Source: Acidobacteriota bacterium (lineage in GTDB: Bacteria > Acidobacteriota > CAIWXX01). From it: 64,000 nt of DNA. The translations under genes were made by a program, and so were the position numbers. This document shows positions 1 through 10,959 of the stretch, one piece after another (position 1 is the stretch's first letter; the number at the start of each line of letters is the position of its first letter). The notes beneath the pieces are model-generated. The model was not told where the DNA came from. It searched no databases and worked only from the letters and a program-made list of their open reading frames with translations. The stretch is taken from NCBI GenBank assembly GCA_040755995.1, contig JBFMAF010000008.1, positions 32,001 through 96,000 of the forward strand, read 5' to 3'.

Positions 1-510
1 GTCGCATGGCACAGCGGGCACGACGCCGGGTACAGGGCTCTTACGGCTTATGTTCCAGACGAGAAATTCGGCGTAGCGGTCCTGAGCAACTTCTATTCGA
101 TAGATCCTTCGAGCCTGGGGAAGAAGATAGTGAGCATCTATCTTTCCGATTCGCTGTCTCCCGAACCACTCAAACCCTCAACGCCCGAGGCAGCGGAACA
201 TAGTGCCGAGCCGGAGAAACCGTTCGCGGTCGACCAGAAGATGCTGGTTGAATGCGCTGGCGACTACATTAGCGAGGAGTTGGACACCACATACCATTTG
301 CTTGTGGTCGACGGCGCACTGGTGATTCGGCACTGGAGAAATGAAGACGTGCGGTTGAGGCCAAAGGGCCCGGACCTGTTTGCAGGGGATCGGGAGTGGG
401 CGGAGACGGTCCGATTCCTGAGAGACGCCCAATACGGAATAACCGGTTTTAGGCTGACCGCCGGCCGGGTGAGGAGCATTCTGTTCAAGCGGTTGGCGCA
501 ACATCGATAG
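1..510 (+). CDS. Serine hydrolase, beta-lactamase family, C-terminal part (5' partial)
   Basis: Frame is open from base 1: VAWHSGHDAGY...KFGVAVLSN, the HxG and GVAVLSN motifs of the family; continues into ORF 130..510. Confidence 0.8.
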   Translation, partial: VAWHSGHDAGYRALTAYVPDEKFGVAVLSNFYSIDPSSLGKKIVSIYLSDSLSPEPLKPSTPEAAEHSAEPEKPFAVDQKMLVECAGDYISEELDTTYHLLVVDGALVIRHWRNEDVRLRPKGPDLFAGDREWAETVRFLRDAQYGITGFRLTAGRVRSILFKRLAQHR

Positions 511-1028
511 CCGGCGTGAGATGCATAGTAGCAGGGATTCCGGGACGGTGCCCGGACTGATGCCGTTGGAGGAATGCTGGAGCGTGAGGCCGGCATCGGG
601 TCGGTACTCACGGCTAACGCGGTGCGTCGATTGAATGCCAGTCTTCAGGCACATCGAAAAGGTACATGAGTCGCTGAATCAATGCGCCGGATGTTCTCTC
701 GCTTGTCGCTTGCCACACTGATCGACTCGAATCACAAAGACGGCCACGTCAGCGGACATGGCCGGCACGAGGCACTCGACCAAGAGAGGCGTGGAGGGGA
801 GCAAAGGGGAAATGACGCATCGCGTCTGGCCCCCCCGCTCGCGGGAACCCGCGGTAGCGTTTCCTCCCGGCCACCCGGAGCCGATTCCATACGTTTGGAG
901 GGAATATTGTGCTGTTGCCCTTCGCCCGACGTATTCATGAGTAGCGGATGGAACGCCATGTTCTTAGCCGGGAAGGAAACGCCGCCGAGCTCTTCAGCGG
1001 TAGCCTGCTGGCCCGGCCGAGGTTCTTC

Positions 1029-2564
1029 ATGATCAAGCGCAGAATTTCTTTCTACCTTCTCGCGTGCGGATTGGGGGCGCTCCTTGGGTCGGCTTCGTAT
1101 ACCGCTGAGAACAGCGGGCATCTCGCCTCAGGGCGCAACGCCGTCGGGTTCAAGCTCATCGTCGCCGCCGATCCCACCCGGTCCTATCCGGCCGCCGCCG
1201 GAACCTCGGTTCAAGACCGTCCGATGCGGGTCTATCTCTGGTACCCGGCCGTCCCGGATCAGGGGAAGCCGCTGACGATCGGCGACTTCGTCCGGTGGGC
1301 GGGGGAGGATTTCGGCGAGACAACCCGCGGCCGACCAGCGGGGGAGCCGGCCCTTCCAGTCCCCTTGAAGCGAGGGCTTGAAGCGGAGGATATCGGCCCG
1401 CTCTTGGCCCGACCGCTGAGATCGCATCTCGGCCCGTCCGCCGCTTCCGGAGAGTTTCCGCTTCTCGTCTTCGGACAGGGGCTCTATTATGAATCCCCGC
1501 TTTCGAACGCCGTGCTTTGCGAATATCTGGCCAGCCGCGGCTTCATTGTTGCGACCTGTCCCCTAGTCGGGACGCGATACCGCCTGACGAACTTGAACGC
1601 CGAAGACCTCGAGACGCAGGTCCGGGACCTGGAATTCGTCCTGGCCGAGGCTCGCGCGGCTTTCCCCGGAAGAACCGCCCGCTTAGGTGTTGTCGGCTAT
1701 GACCTCGGGGGTATGGCCGGCCTGCTCCTCGCCATGCACCGCCCCGAAATCGCGGCTTTTCTTTCGATCGATTCCGGCATTCACATTCCCCATCCCTCCG
1801 GCCTGCCAGGGGCCCATCCGAGCTACAGGGAGGAGTGCTTTACCATCCCCTGGATGCACGTAACCCAGGCCCGGTTCCTGGAAGCCGCCCGGACCGAGAA
1901 GCCGGAGGCGACCCTCAGCGGTCGCAGGAAATACGGCGACAGCTGGATGGTCGGTCTGCCGACGGTCAATCACGGCGGTTTCACCTCATACGCCACGTTT
2001 GGAATCCGCAATCCGGTTCGGGGATACTGGGAGGGATTCGGCGACGAGGCGCGGAATGTCCATGATGCGATGTGCCGCCTGGCTGGGGATTTCTTCGAAG
2101 CGACTCTGAAAGACGCCCCAGCCGCGCTGTCCTTGTGGACATGCGGGACAGACGCCGCCGGCCGGGGAGGGCTGGAGGTCGAATTTCTCAGGGGAGCCGC
2201 CGCCCCGGAATCGTCGCGGTCCCTGCTCCGCCGGATCATGGAGGCCGGGTTGGATGCGGTCCGTCCCGACATCGACCGAATCCGGGCGGCGAATCCCGGG
2301 GCCGAGATTCTGAACGGGCAAGAACTCAGGTGGCTGGCCTACCATTTCCTGCTGTGGTGGGGAAGGGAAAAGGAGGCCCTGGATGCCTTCCAGCTGAACG
2401 TGGAATTGCATCCGAAATCGGCGGAGGCCTGGGCCGGCCTCGGCGAGGCCTGTCTCCTCAGCGGCGAGAACGAAGAGGCCATCACTTCTTTCCGCAAAGC
2501 CCTGGAGCTCAATCCGGATCTTCCAAACGTCAAGGCGGCCCTCGAAGCCTTGACGAAGAAATGA
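1029..2564 (+). CDS. Secreted alpha/beta hydrolase with C-terminal TPR repeats
   Basis: Signal-like N-terminus from ATG 1029; VYLWYPA, LASRGFIV, elbow GYDLGG; TPR-like AEAWAGLGEA...FRKALELNP. Confidence 0.75.
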   Translation: MIKRRISFYLLACGLGALLGSASYTAENSGHLASGRNAVGFKLIVAADPTRSYPAAAGTSVQDRPMRVYLWYPAVPDQGKPLTIGDFVRWAGEDFGETTRGRPAGEPALPVPLKRGLEAEDIGPLLARPLRSHLGPSAASGEFPLLVFGQGLYYESPLSNAVLCEYLASRGFIVATCPLVGTRYRLTNLNAEDLETQVRDLEFVLAEARAAFPGRTARLGVVGYDLGGMAGLLLAMHRPEIAAFLSIDSGIHIPHPSGLPGAHPSYREECFTIPWMHVTQARFLEAARTEKPEATLSGRRKYGDSWMVGLPTVNHGGFTSYATFGIRNPVRGYWEGFGDEARNVHDAMCRLAGDFFEATLKDAPAALSLWTCGTDAAGRGGLEVEFLRGAAAPESSRSLLRRIMEAGLDAVRPDIDRIRAANPGAEILNGQELRWLAYHFLLWWGREKEALDAFQLNVELHPKSAEAWAGLGEACLLSGENEEAITSFRKALELNPDLPNVKAALEALTKK

Positions 2565-2565
2565 C

Positions 2566-3591
2566 ATGGACAGCCTTCGGCGCGTCTTCCGGACGGGTTG
2601 CTCAGAAGCCGGTATTCCCCTTGCCCTGGCGTTCGTTCTCCTATGCACAGCCGGCCCGAGTCCGGGCGCGAGGCCGATCGCCCAGGCCTTTGACCTCACG
2701 GCGCCGCCTGCTGTCCCGGCGATCTTCGCCCCCGGGGTCGTTTCGCTCGGCCATCATGAACACCATCTCTCCCTTTCTCCCGACGGCCGGACGTTGCTTT
2801 TCGTCATGGCTGACAAACACCGGAAGCACCATGTCATCGTCGAAATGAACCGGATCGGGGACGGATGGACAGAGCCCGAGGTCGCGGCGTTTTCCGGGAT
2901 GTTCTCCGATTTCGCTCCGGCCTACTCCCCGGACGGAATGTATCTCCTGTTTTGCTCGGACCGGCCGACGGCCGATGAGGAGGATCAACCGGGCGACGTC
3001 AATATCTGGAAGGTCGTCCGGGACGGGAGGAAATGGGGGACGCCCGAGCCCCTGCCCTCTCCGGTCAACGATGAGTCGCCCGAATACAATCCGTCGGTGG
3101 CCGCTTCAGGAAACATCTATTTCCAGGACCACGACGCGGGCGGGGCGGATCTCTATCTGGTCCGGCGGACGGAGAGCGGCTACGGATTTCCCGAGAAGCT
3201 CCCGGCGGAAATCAATTCGCCCTATCCGGAAATCGGCCCCTGGATCAGCCCCGATGAGACGCTGCTTCTCTTTTCCTCCGAACGGCCCGGAGGCAGGGGC
3301 GGGATGGATATGTATCTTTCCCGCCGGACACCTAATGGTCCCTGGTCGCCAGCCGTGAATCTCGGGCTCCCCGTCAATACGCCTTTCGGCGAGGCGATCC
3401 CGACGCTTTCGCCCGACGGACGCGCCCTCTTTTACGTGGGCTTCCAGGGGCTGGACCCGGCCGAATTGCGAGGAAGAGGCTATGGGGACTTGATCCGTTT
3501 GCTCGCCTCTCCCCGGAACGGGGACGGGACACTGTATTGGGTGGATTTCGGAAGAGCGTGCGGTGCCCCGGAGGTGAGAAAGGAGGAATGA
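2566..3591 (+). CDS. PD40/TolB-like beta-propeller repeat protein
   Basis: Repeated P.xSPDG..L.F.S.R units (SPDGRTLLF, SPDGMYLLFCSDR, SPDETLLLFSSER). Confidence 0.8.
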   Translation: MDSLRRVFRTGCSEAGIPLALAFVLLCTAGPSPGARPIAQAFDLTAPPAVPAIFAPGVVSLGHHEHHLSLSPDGRTLLFVMADKHRKHHVIVEMNRIGDGWTEPEVAAFSGMFSDFAPAYSPDGMYLLFCSDRPTADEEDQPGDVNIWKVVRDGRKWGTPEPLPSPVNDESPEYNPSVAASGNIYFQDHDAGGADLYLVRRTESGYGFPEKLPAEINSPYPEIGPWISPDETLLLFSSERPGGRGGMDMYLSRRTPNGPWSPAVNLGLPVNTPFGEAIPTLSPDGRALFYVGFQGLDPAELRGRGYGDLIRLLASPRNGDGTLYWVDFGRACGAPEVRKEE

Positions 3592-3788
3592 ACGTTTCTG
3601 TACTCGCCACATTATCATCGCAAGCAAAGGGATATCGAGGCCCGTTCGACGGCCCGCGAGATCAGGATAAGGACAGGAGCAGACGGGCGAGGCCTGGCCC
3701 TGTCCGGCGAGAGGGAAAAGGAGCCGTTGGGAGGCGGAATGTGATCTTTCCCCGTGATGCGCGCGTCATGGGAGGAGATGAAAGGAGA

Positions 3789-5582
3789 ATGGCCATGATG
3801 CGGTTCGTTCTTTCGTTCCTCTCTTTTCTCACGGCCGCGGCCGTCTTCGGCTCCGGGACCCCGGCCGTCGATTTCTCCGGCCGTTGGATCGTCAATCTCG
3901 AAGAGACCGGCATTCCGGGCCTCCCCGTCTTTGTCCTCGCGTTCGTGCAAAGCGCCGATTCGATCGAGGTGTCCTCCTATTTCCCGGGTGAGGAAGAAAC
4001 GCCCGGGCGGACTATGGTCCTGCCGCTTGATGGACGAGAGGTCACCTACGCCGACCGGACCGGCAAGGCCCTGCCCTGTTCCGCTTCGCTTTCTGGCGGC
4101 GAGCTCCGGATCCGCTACCAAAGCGAGCAGGTGAGAAAGGGGAAGAAGGTCGTTCTACAGATCGAGGAGGATCACACGATAGCCGATGACGGCCGGTCGA
4201 TGAGCGTCGTTCATCGGGAAGGCCCTCCGGGCGCGCTCGGGGCATATCCCCGGCCGATCGTCCTCGACCGTTATGAAGGCGCTTTGAAGGCGCCGGGAGC
4301 GGCAGCTGCGGCCGTCCGCTCCGACATGCCCTTGCGGGCGGATGTCCTCGGCTCGATCGACGCGGAAACCGACGCCCTCCTCCGCCGACTGGTCGCCGAG
4401 GGAGGAGTTCCCTCGGCTTCGGCGGCGGTCATCTCAAACGGAAAGCTTGTCTGGGCGGCTAATTACAACGGTCCGGCCGGGTTGCTGACACGCTATTCCG
4501 TCGGCTCGATCACCAAGCCATTCACCGCGGTCGCCCTCCTCCAGCTTCTCGAGCGGGACCTGCTAGACCTGGACGCGGATGTCGGCCGCTATCTGCCCTT
4601 CAAGGTCCGCCATCCCCAGTATCCGGACGTTCCGATCACGACGCGGATGCTTCTGACCCACCAGTCCGGCTTGAACCGCGAGACGCAGGCCTTTGTCAAG
4701 TATTCGACGTTCATGGACCGCGACCTTGTCACCTTCGGCGCCCGGCTCGGCGTCGAACTCCCTCACTTCGAGAGGCAGCCGTCCGCGGAGGAGTTCTACG
4801 GCGGACTCCTCACCCCCGGCGGGACATATTTCACCCCCGACGTGTGGGCAGACAAGCCGGGCACTCTGATGTATTCGAACGCGGCTTTCGGTTTGCTGAC
4901 GTATCTCGTGGAGCGCCTCACCGGAGAAACGTTCGAAGCATACGTCGAGAAGCACATCTTCGCCCCCCTGGCCATGAACGAATCGAGCTTCAGCAAGACC
5001 GCGCATCCGGAGCGGAACGCCCCGCCGTGCGAGCGGGCCGTCGGCCCGGCCCTCTCAGTCCTCGGGCGGTCCGTCCCTCTCAACGAATCCATGAAAGCGG
5101 TCGTTCGGGAAGATGCCCTGACTTTCCCCATGTACAACGTCGCTCCGGGGCCGGTGGGGGTGCGGGCGACGGCCGCCGATCTGGCCAAGTTTCTGGCAGT
5201 CCACATGAACGCCGGCCTGGCCGCCGACGGCCGCCGGCTTCTCAAGAAATCGACGATCGACATGATGCATGCGGTCGCTGCCCCGGCTTCGGGAGCGGCC
5301 ATCGATGTCTTTCCCCTAATCGGCCACGGCATGGGATGGACGGTTTGCACCGAAGGTGTGGCCGGTCATATCGGCGGCCAGCTCGGATATACCTCGGCCA
5401 TGATCCTCAAGAAGACGGAACGCGGCTTCGCCGGCTTCATTCTCTTGATCAACTATGCACGGCGGCTGGATCCGGATTCCCGGGCCAACATGGCCTGGTC
5501 CAAGACATACTACACCCCCCTCGAACAGCGGCTCCTGGACGCGGCCGGAGCTTATCCGTCCGCGCCGAAGGTGAGAGAATAG
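3789..5582 (+). CDS. Secreted serine hydrolase, beta-lactamase family, with extra N-terminal domain
   Basis: SxxK (SITK), YSN, HxG (GHIGG), LLTHQSG; RBS AAGGAG then signal peptide. Confidence 0.85.
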   Translation: MAMMRFVLSFLSFLTAAAVFGSGTPAVDFSGRWIVNLEETGIPGLPVFVLAFVQSADSIEVSSYFPGEEETPGRTMVLPLDGREVTYADRTGKALPCSASLSGGELRIRYQSEQVRKGKKVVLQIEEDHTIADDGRSMSVVHREGPPGALGAYPRPIVLDRYEGALKAPGAAAAAVRSDMPLRADVLGSIDAETDALLRRLVAEGGVPSASAAVISNGKLVWAANYNGPAGLLTRYSVGSITKPFTAVALLQLLERDLLDLDADVGRYLPFKVRHPQYPDVPITTRMLLTHQSGLNRETQAFVKYSTFMDRDLVTFGARLGVELPHFERQPSAEEFYGGLLTPGGTYFTPDVWADKPGTLMYSNAAFGLLTYLVERLTGETFEAYVEKHIFAPLAMNESSFSKTAHPERNAPPCERAVGPALSVLGRSVPLNESMKAVVREDALTFPMYNVAPGPVGVRATAADLAKFLAVHMNAGLAADGRRLLKKSTIDMMHAVAAPASGAAIDVFPLIGHGMGWTVCTEGVAGHIGGQLGYTSAMILKKTERGFAGFILLINYARRLDPDSRANMAWSKTYYTPLEQRLLDAAGAYPSAPKVRE

Positions 5583-5592
5583 GAGTTCATGC

Positions 5593-6147
5593 ATGATCGC
5601 GAAAAAAGCGCTCTCCCTGGCGGTTCTCTTCCTGGCGGTGCTTTCGCCGGCCGTCGCGGCTCAAGCCCTCGACCCGAGGATGTCGGCCCTCGAGCCCCTC
5701 CTCCACAAGGAGTGGAAGGGGATGATGAAAGCCCCGGACGGCTCGACGGTGTGGGAAGTCGTCTGCCGTTTTGAGGCCGTCGGGTCCGGCCTGCTGGTCA
5801 AGTACGACCGGAGGACGACGGGCCGGGCCGATTTTGAAGAGGGCTATTTCTACTGGGACGACCCGGCCAAGAAGCTCGCCCTCTTCGCCGTGCACAGCGG
5901 CGGTTCCTTCCGGACCGGACTCGTCAAGGCCGAGAGCGGGGTTCTCACGATCGAGGGCAGGATGGCATGGCCGGTGGCGCCTCCAGATCCGCGGGTCAAG
6001 CAGTCTTATGATTTCCGGAACACCTTCACTCTCGTTTCCGAAACCGAGATGACAGACCGCTGGTTCCAGAACGCCTTCGGGCCGTGGCGTCCCGGGCACG
6101 AAATCGTCTTCAGGGGGGAGGTGAAAACCCCGGCTCGCCCGGATTGA
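5593..6147 (+). CDS. Secreted hypothetical protein
   Basis: AGGAG RBS, AxA signal peptide, directly follows upstream gene. Confidence 0.65.
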   Translation: MIAKKALSLAVLFLAVLSPAVAAQALDPRMSALEPLLHKEWKGMMKAPDGSTVWEVVCRFEAVGSGLLVKYDRRTTGRADFEEGYFYWDDPAKKLALFAVHSGGSFRTGLVKAESGVLTIEGRMAWPVAPPDPRVKQSYDFRNTFTLVSETEMTDRWFQNAFGPWRPGHEIVFRGEVKTPARPD

Positions 6148-6197
6148 GGACGGTTTTTCTCCCGGGCGGCGGAATGGGGTATGATTCCCGGAGAGAG

Positions 6198-8015
6198 ATG
6201 AAACGCCATCCGCGGATTGCGGCCCTGGCTGTGCGGACGGCGGGCTTGCTCGCCCTCGGTGGATTCCTCCTGTCTTGCGCCCCGCTCTCCGCCGAAGCGG
6301 TTCAGGACCCTGGGGAGGACGCGCCTCCTCCGCTGATCAGCCTCACCAAATGGAACCTCAAGACCGGCGACGATCCGGCCTGGTCCCGTCCAGACTTCGA
6401 CGACTCCTCGTGGGGCCGGGTGGAGGTGGCTGGGCGCTTCGAGGGCCACGGGCTGTTCTGGCTGCGCGCCACCGTCGATGTGGCCGGGCCGTTTCCCGAT
6501 TCCGATCCGCCGATGATCTCCGTCTACAACCTGCCGTCGGCTTTTGAGGTGTACTGGGACGGGAGACTGGTCGGCCGGAACGGCCGCTGCGACTCCAGGC
6601 ACAGCGGGGAAATCCCGGGCCGGGTGAGGTTCGTCCTGATCCTCGGCACCAGCCAGGTTCAACCGGGAACGCATCTCCTTGCCCTTCGCGTTTCCAATTT
6701 CCACCTCAAGGGCAAGACCGTCGTCACCGGGATCGGCCTCGGTCCGCAGAGCGCCTTGGCCGGCTACATCGACCGCATGGTCGATCGTCGGTTGGTTTCG
6801 ATGGGTCTGTATTTCGTGGCCGCCCTTTGCGGCCTGTTCCTCTTCGTCGGGCGGAGGAAGAACACCGCCTTCCTGTTCTTCGGCGGATTCGCCCTCCTGT
6901 TTTTCCTCCACAGCCTCTGGATCTATCTCATCGAAAGAATGGGGCTCAGCCTTCCCCCATTTGCCGTGATCGAGATCCTCGTGATCTTCGGGATTCCCGC
7001 CGCCTTCGTCTTGCTGGACGCTTTCTTGCTCTGGCACCACGAATTCCGCCGCCGGTCGACGTATCTGGCCGTCCTGGCCGTGGCCATGGCCGGGGCGGCC
7101 CTCTGGGGTTCCGGTCTGGGCGATGTCCAGGCCCGGCTCATCGGCCTTCCGGTCGCTTTCGGCTTGGGCTTGGCCGTTGCCCTGGCAGTCCAGAGAAGGC
7201 GGGGATGGGGAATGGCGCTGGTCGGAACGGCGGTTCCCGCCGTCAACCATGTTGGGATCTTTTTCATCCCGGGGTTGCTACCGTTTCTGGAGAGTCTGCC
7301 GGGATTCGCTGAAATGGCCCTGACCGCGCTGGTTCTGGCGATGTTCATTGGGATCATCGCCCTTCGCATCCGCGATGAGAACCAGGCCCTTGAGATCCTG
7401 CGCGTCCGGTCCCAGCGGCTCGCGGCCGAGCTTCTGAAGAAGAGTATCCAGCCCCATTTCATCATGAACACCCTGCTGTCCGCGCAGTCCTGGTTCGGCC
7501 GGGACCCGGACAAGGCGGGACGGTTGATCGAGGCCCTGGCTGGAGAGTTCCGGATCATCAGCCGGATCGTTTCCGAGCCGGAGATCGACCTGGCCCAGGA
7601 AATCGCCCTGTGCAGGAGCCACCTTGAACTGATGGGATATCGGCGGGACGCGATCTACCGGCTGGTCGTCAACGGCGACGTCTCCAGCTTGAAGGTCCCT
7701 CCGATGCTCTTTCATACATTGATTGAAAACGGTTTGACCCACGCCTATGAAGCCCGGGAGAACGGGACGTTCATCCTGACCTGCGAAGAGAGGAACGGGA
7801 GCGTCGAACTCCGGCTGGAGAACGACGGGTCCCGGCTGTCTCGGATCTCGGAGATGCCAGGCGACAAACTGGAAGAAGGCTTGGGCTTGAAGTACATCCG
7901 GACGCGCCTGGAAGAGAGCTTTTCCGGCCAGTGGGAGCTGGAGTACGGGTTGAAGGAGTCCCTCTGGCGCGTCCGGATCGTCATTCGCGGAAGGATGGAG
8001 CGATGCGGGTCCTGA
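6198..8015 (+). CDS. LytS/YehU-type membrane sensor histidine kinase
   Basis: IQPHFIMNTL H-box, LIENGLTH, ENDG, GLGL boxes; extracellular domain and multiple TM helices. Confidence 0.9.
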   Translation: MKRHPRIAALAVRTAGLLALGGFLLSCAPLSAEAVQDPGEDAPPPLISLTKWNLKTGDDPAWSRPDFDDSSWGRVEVAGRFEGHGLFWLRATVDVAGPFPDSDPPMISVYNLPSAFEVYWDGRLVGRNGRCDSRHSGEIPGRVRFVLILGTSQVQPGTHLLALRVSNFHLKGKTVVTGIGLGPQSALAGYIDRMVDRRLVSMGLYFVAALCGLFLFVGRRKNTAFLFFGGFALLFFLHSLWIYLIERMGLSLPPFAVIEILVIFGIPAAFVLLDAFLLWHHEFRRRSTYLAVLAVAMAGAALWGSGLGDVQARLIGLPVAFGLGLAVALAVQRRRGWGMALVGTAVPAVNHVGIFFIPGLLPFLESLPGFAEMALTALVLAMFIGIIALRIRDENQALEILRVRSQRLAAELLKKSIQPHFIMNTLLSAQSWFGRDPDKAGRLIEALAGEFRIISRIVSEPEIDLAQEIALCRSHLELMGYRRDAIYRLVVNGDVSSLKVPPMLFHTLIENGLTHAYEARENGTFILTCEERNGSVELRLENDGSRLSRISEMPGDKLEEGLGLKYIRTRLEESFSGQWELEYGLKESLWRVRIVIRGRMERCGS

Positions 8016-8719
8016 TCGTGGAAGACGAGCCTCCGATCGCGGATTACATCGAGGAGAGCATCCGCGCGGTCCTTGGGGCCGAGCTCAAGGACGTGGAGAC
8101 GGCCTATTCGCTCGATGATGCAGTGGGCCTCCTCGCGCAGAAGAAGATCGACGTCTGCTTCTTGGACCTCAACCTCAGCGGCCGGGACGGCTATGAAATA
8201 CTGGAACGGGCCATGTCCCGGCCGTTCCATACGATCATCATTTCCGCCCACACCGAGCAGGCCGCTCGCGCATTCGAGTACGGCGTCGTCGACTTCGTTC
8301 CCAAGCCCTTCAGCCGGGAGCGGCTGCGCCAGGCCCTCGACCGCTGTCTCAGCCTCCAGAGAAGCCCGTCCCCGGCGAGGTTTCTGACTTTCCGGAAGAA
8401 CAACCGGAACGGCCTCCTGCCGGTCGGGGAGATCCTCCTGTTGAAGGCCACGCGCTACCTGGTCGAGGTCTGGATGAAGGACGGCCGCCGCGAGCTGATC
8501 GAGAAGCCCTTGAACCGCCTGCAAAAGATCCTTCCCGAATCATTCGCCCGGATCCACCGGACGTATATCGTCAACCTGGATCAGGTCGAATCGTACAGGC
8601 ATCTCGGAGGGAGCCGTTATGCGATACGGTTGAAGAACGGCGACATCCTCCCGATGAGCCGCCATCGGCTCCGGGAACTCAAGCGCGTGTTCGGGAAGGA
8701 TTGTCCGGGACGGATTTGA
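8003..8719 (+). CDS. LytTR family response regulator
   Basis: RVLIVEDE, FLDLNL, DFVPKP receiver; FARIHRTYIVNL LytTR motif; overlaps kinase stop. Confidence 0.92.
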   Translation: MRVLIVEDEPPIADYIEESIRAVLGAELKDVETAYSLDDAVGLLAQKKIDVCFLDLNLSGRDGYEILERAMSRPFHTIIISAHTEQAARAFEYGVVDFVPKPFSRERLRQALDRCLSLQRSPSPARFLTFRKNNRNGLLPVGEILLLKATRYLVEVWMKDGRRELIEKPLNRLQKILPESFARIHRTYIVNLDQVESYRHLGGSRYAIRLKNGDILPMSRHRLRELKRVFGKDCPGRI

Positions 8720-8931
8720 TCAGATGGTTCGTTGACAGTGACGGTCACCTGATCATGAAGTTCCCAAGTGAGACTCGTAAGATCAGGCCAGTGGGATCTG
8801 CTCGTCGAACGCCTGATCGATGATTGCGTTCGACACCACCCCATGTTCGCCGGACGACAGTCCGCACCTCGGCGGCGTGGAGCCGGCTCCGCTGCAGGCG
8901 CCGGGGATGATGTCGAGGACCAACTGCTTCC

Positions 8932-9583
8932 TGTCCTGAAGAGCATCGTGCCGGCAGGCGCCTTCTGCTGCGGTTCAATTCTGGGGAGGAGCCCCGTGCG
9001 CCTGCGTGCGGAATCCCTGTCGGAGGTCGGGACCCCCGGGGAACAGGCCTGGGTCCCGGACTTGGAGCGGCGAATGATCAAGAGGTCCGAGTCCCCAGGA
9101 TGGGTCAAAGCGGAGAAGGCGGAGTATTGGATCAAGGATCTGATGGCGAACATGGACGAGATGCTCGATCGCGAGACCACCGTCAGATTGATGCAGGCCT
9201 GCGGGCGTTCATGCTTCCGCCTCGCCTTTGGCGTCACCGACGAGAACAAGTCTTCACGCGAAGATGTCCAGAAGTACCTGCGCTTCCTTGAGCAACGTGG
9301 CACTGGGCTCAAGCGCGAAGGCCATGTCGTAACTCTCACCTTCAATTGGGGAAGAGATCATCAGAACCCGTGGGGACTCACCATGCGTGATGGCTACTGT
9401 ATGTGCCCGCTGGTCGAGTCGGGCCCGCCGGGGCTTTCCCCCACATAATGCCTCTGCTCGACCGGATATGTGAGGGAGAGCTTCGAGCGCCGGGTCGGTG
9501 TCCCCGTGAAGGTTGAACCACTGGAGTCCCTCAAGATGGGGTGCCGGGACTGCGTGTTCAAGGTCACGATCACGGGGGTGTAG
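8932..9583 (+). pseudogene. Cys-rich DUF6144-like protein with in-frame stop and missing 5' end
   Basis: MQACGRSC, YCMCPLVE, then SPT-TAA(9446)-CLCSTGYVRESFE...ESLKMGCRDCVF, open to TAG 9583. Confidence 0.7.
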
Positions 9584-9606
9584 CGGCCCTCACCTCACTT
9601 GGAGGT

Positions 9607-9720
9607 CACGCCCTCATCGCCCAGCTGTGCATCCGCCACGAGTTCCGGTTGCTCACGAGCGATCTCGACTTCCAGCGCCTTGCGAGACACGCTCCTCTCG
9701 TCCTGATGGAGTGGCGGCAA
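9607..9720 (+). pseudogene. VapC/PIN toxin C-terminal remnant
   Basis: ALIAQLCIRHEFRLLTSDLDFQRLA matches the PIN C-terminal LLTxDxDF motif; no N-terminal half. Confidence 0.6.
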
Positions 9721-10959
9721 TCTCCTCAACAGATCTGGGCAACGGCACCGTTTCGCCGTCTCCTCACTCGGCCGGGGCGAGGCCATCGGCGCCGGGAAGA
9801 ACCGTCAGCGAGACTGAGCCGACCAACGCCTAGCCGATATCCCTCGCAGGTGCCAGCTGCAGTCCGTGCCTCTGCAAGGGGTTAAAGTCGTGCGGTACCA
9901 CCGTCTCGGGGTTTTTCGACGGGATTGGGGAAAACCTCCGACGCGATCCGATCGGCTGCGGCTGAGCAGAGATGTGAGTATTGCGGGGCGCGGTACGGAC
10001 TGTGAGGCTACAGTGCAGGAGCAGGGCGAGCCCCGGAGGGGCGGCACAACTGCGCTCCGATTGTCTCACCCCTCCGGCTCCGGCCGCCTGGATCACAAAC
10101 AGCTACCGGTTCCGGCTGCTCTGGCAGACCGATGAGAGTAGATCAGATATACATCACCTCGTCCTCCGGCCTCCTCGCCCGTGCCTCCCAGATCGTGCTG
10201 AGCCTCCAGCCGACTCGGCGCCGGGCGCCGCTGGTACGGACGTCTGCACCGCCTCCTCCTCAAACCGGCTGGAGTTTCTGGAACCCGCAGACCGTCTGGC
10301 GGGACTCAAGGGACTCCTGGGCATGTTCTGAATTGCACCGATACTCGCTCGCTGACCTCGCCTCCATACCTCCTTGCCGGCCCCGTCGACGCCTGCAAGG
10401 CGTGACAAGGGTCTGTGGCCTTGGCGGCCTCTGTCAGGTACCCGTCTCAGATGATTCACAGCGGGGACGGGTAGAGCCGCCTTCAGAGGGAAGTAGAACC
10501 GGTGGTCACTGTAGGACGCGACGCAGTCGTTCCGGCTGCTATCTTCGGAGCGACAGAGGGCGCAGGGCACGGTGACCTGGTTGGCCCCCCTGTAGCCGGG
10601 AGCCTGTTCTGGCAGTTGGGAGGATTCGCCGCAACCCGCTCAGTGGAACGACATTGTACCTGGTGTGGTGGTTAGGGACATCGCGTCGGTGAGAATCAAA
10701 ACGGACGGCGCATCGACCTCCGGACTGAAATCGGGGAGGATCGCGCGACACGGCTTGTGAGGGAAAGGGTTCTTCGATTGAGTCAATTCTTGCGCAACGC
10801 GTCATCCGCTCCGAGTACTCACGGTGGTCTCTCTCAACTCTCGACTGTTGACGCTCGACGCGCGGCGGGGCCGGAGCAGCATTGCAGGAATCGCCAGTCT
10901 GAGACCCCGCCTCGCCAGGTCTTGGAATGATCAGGAGCACCAGGAGATGACCTGCTTCG

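Noticed and set aside
10132..10575. ORF with Rrf2-like YSLADL
   Set aside because: No HTH or other supporting motif
10689..10760. Short ORF MRIKTDGASTSGLKSGRIARHGL as RiPP precursor
   Set aside because: Weak RBS and no recognisable core motif
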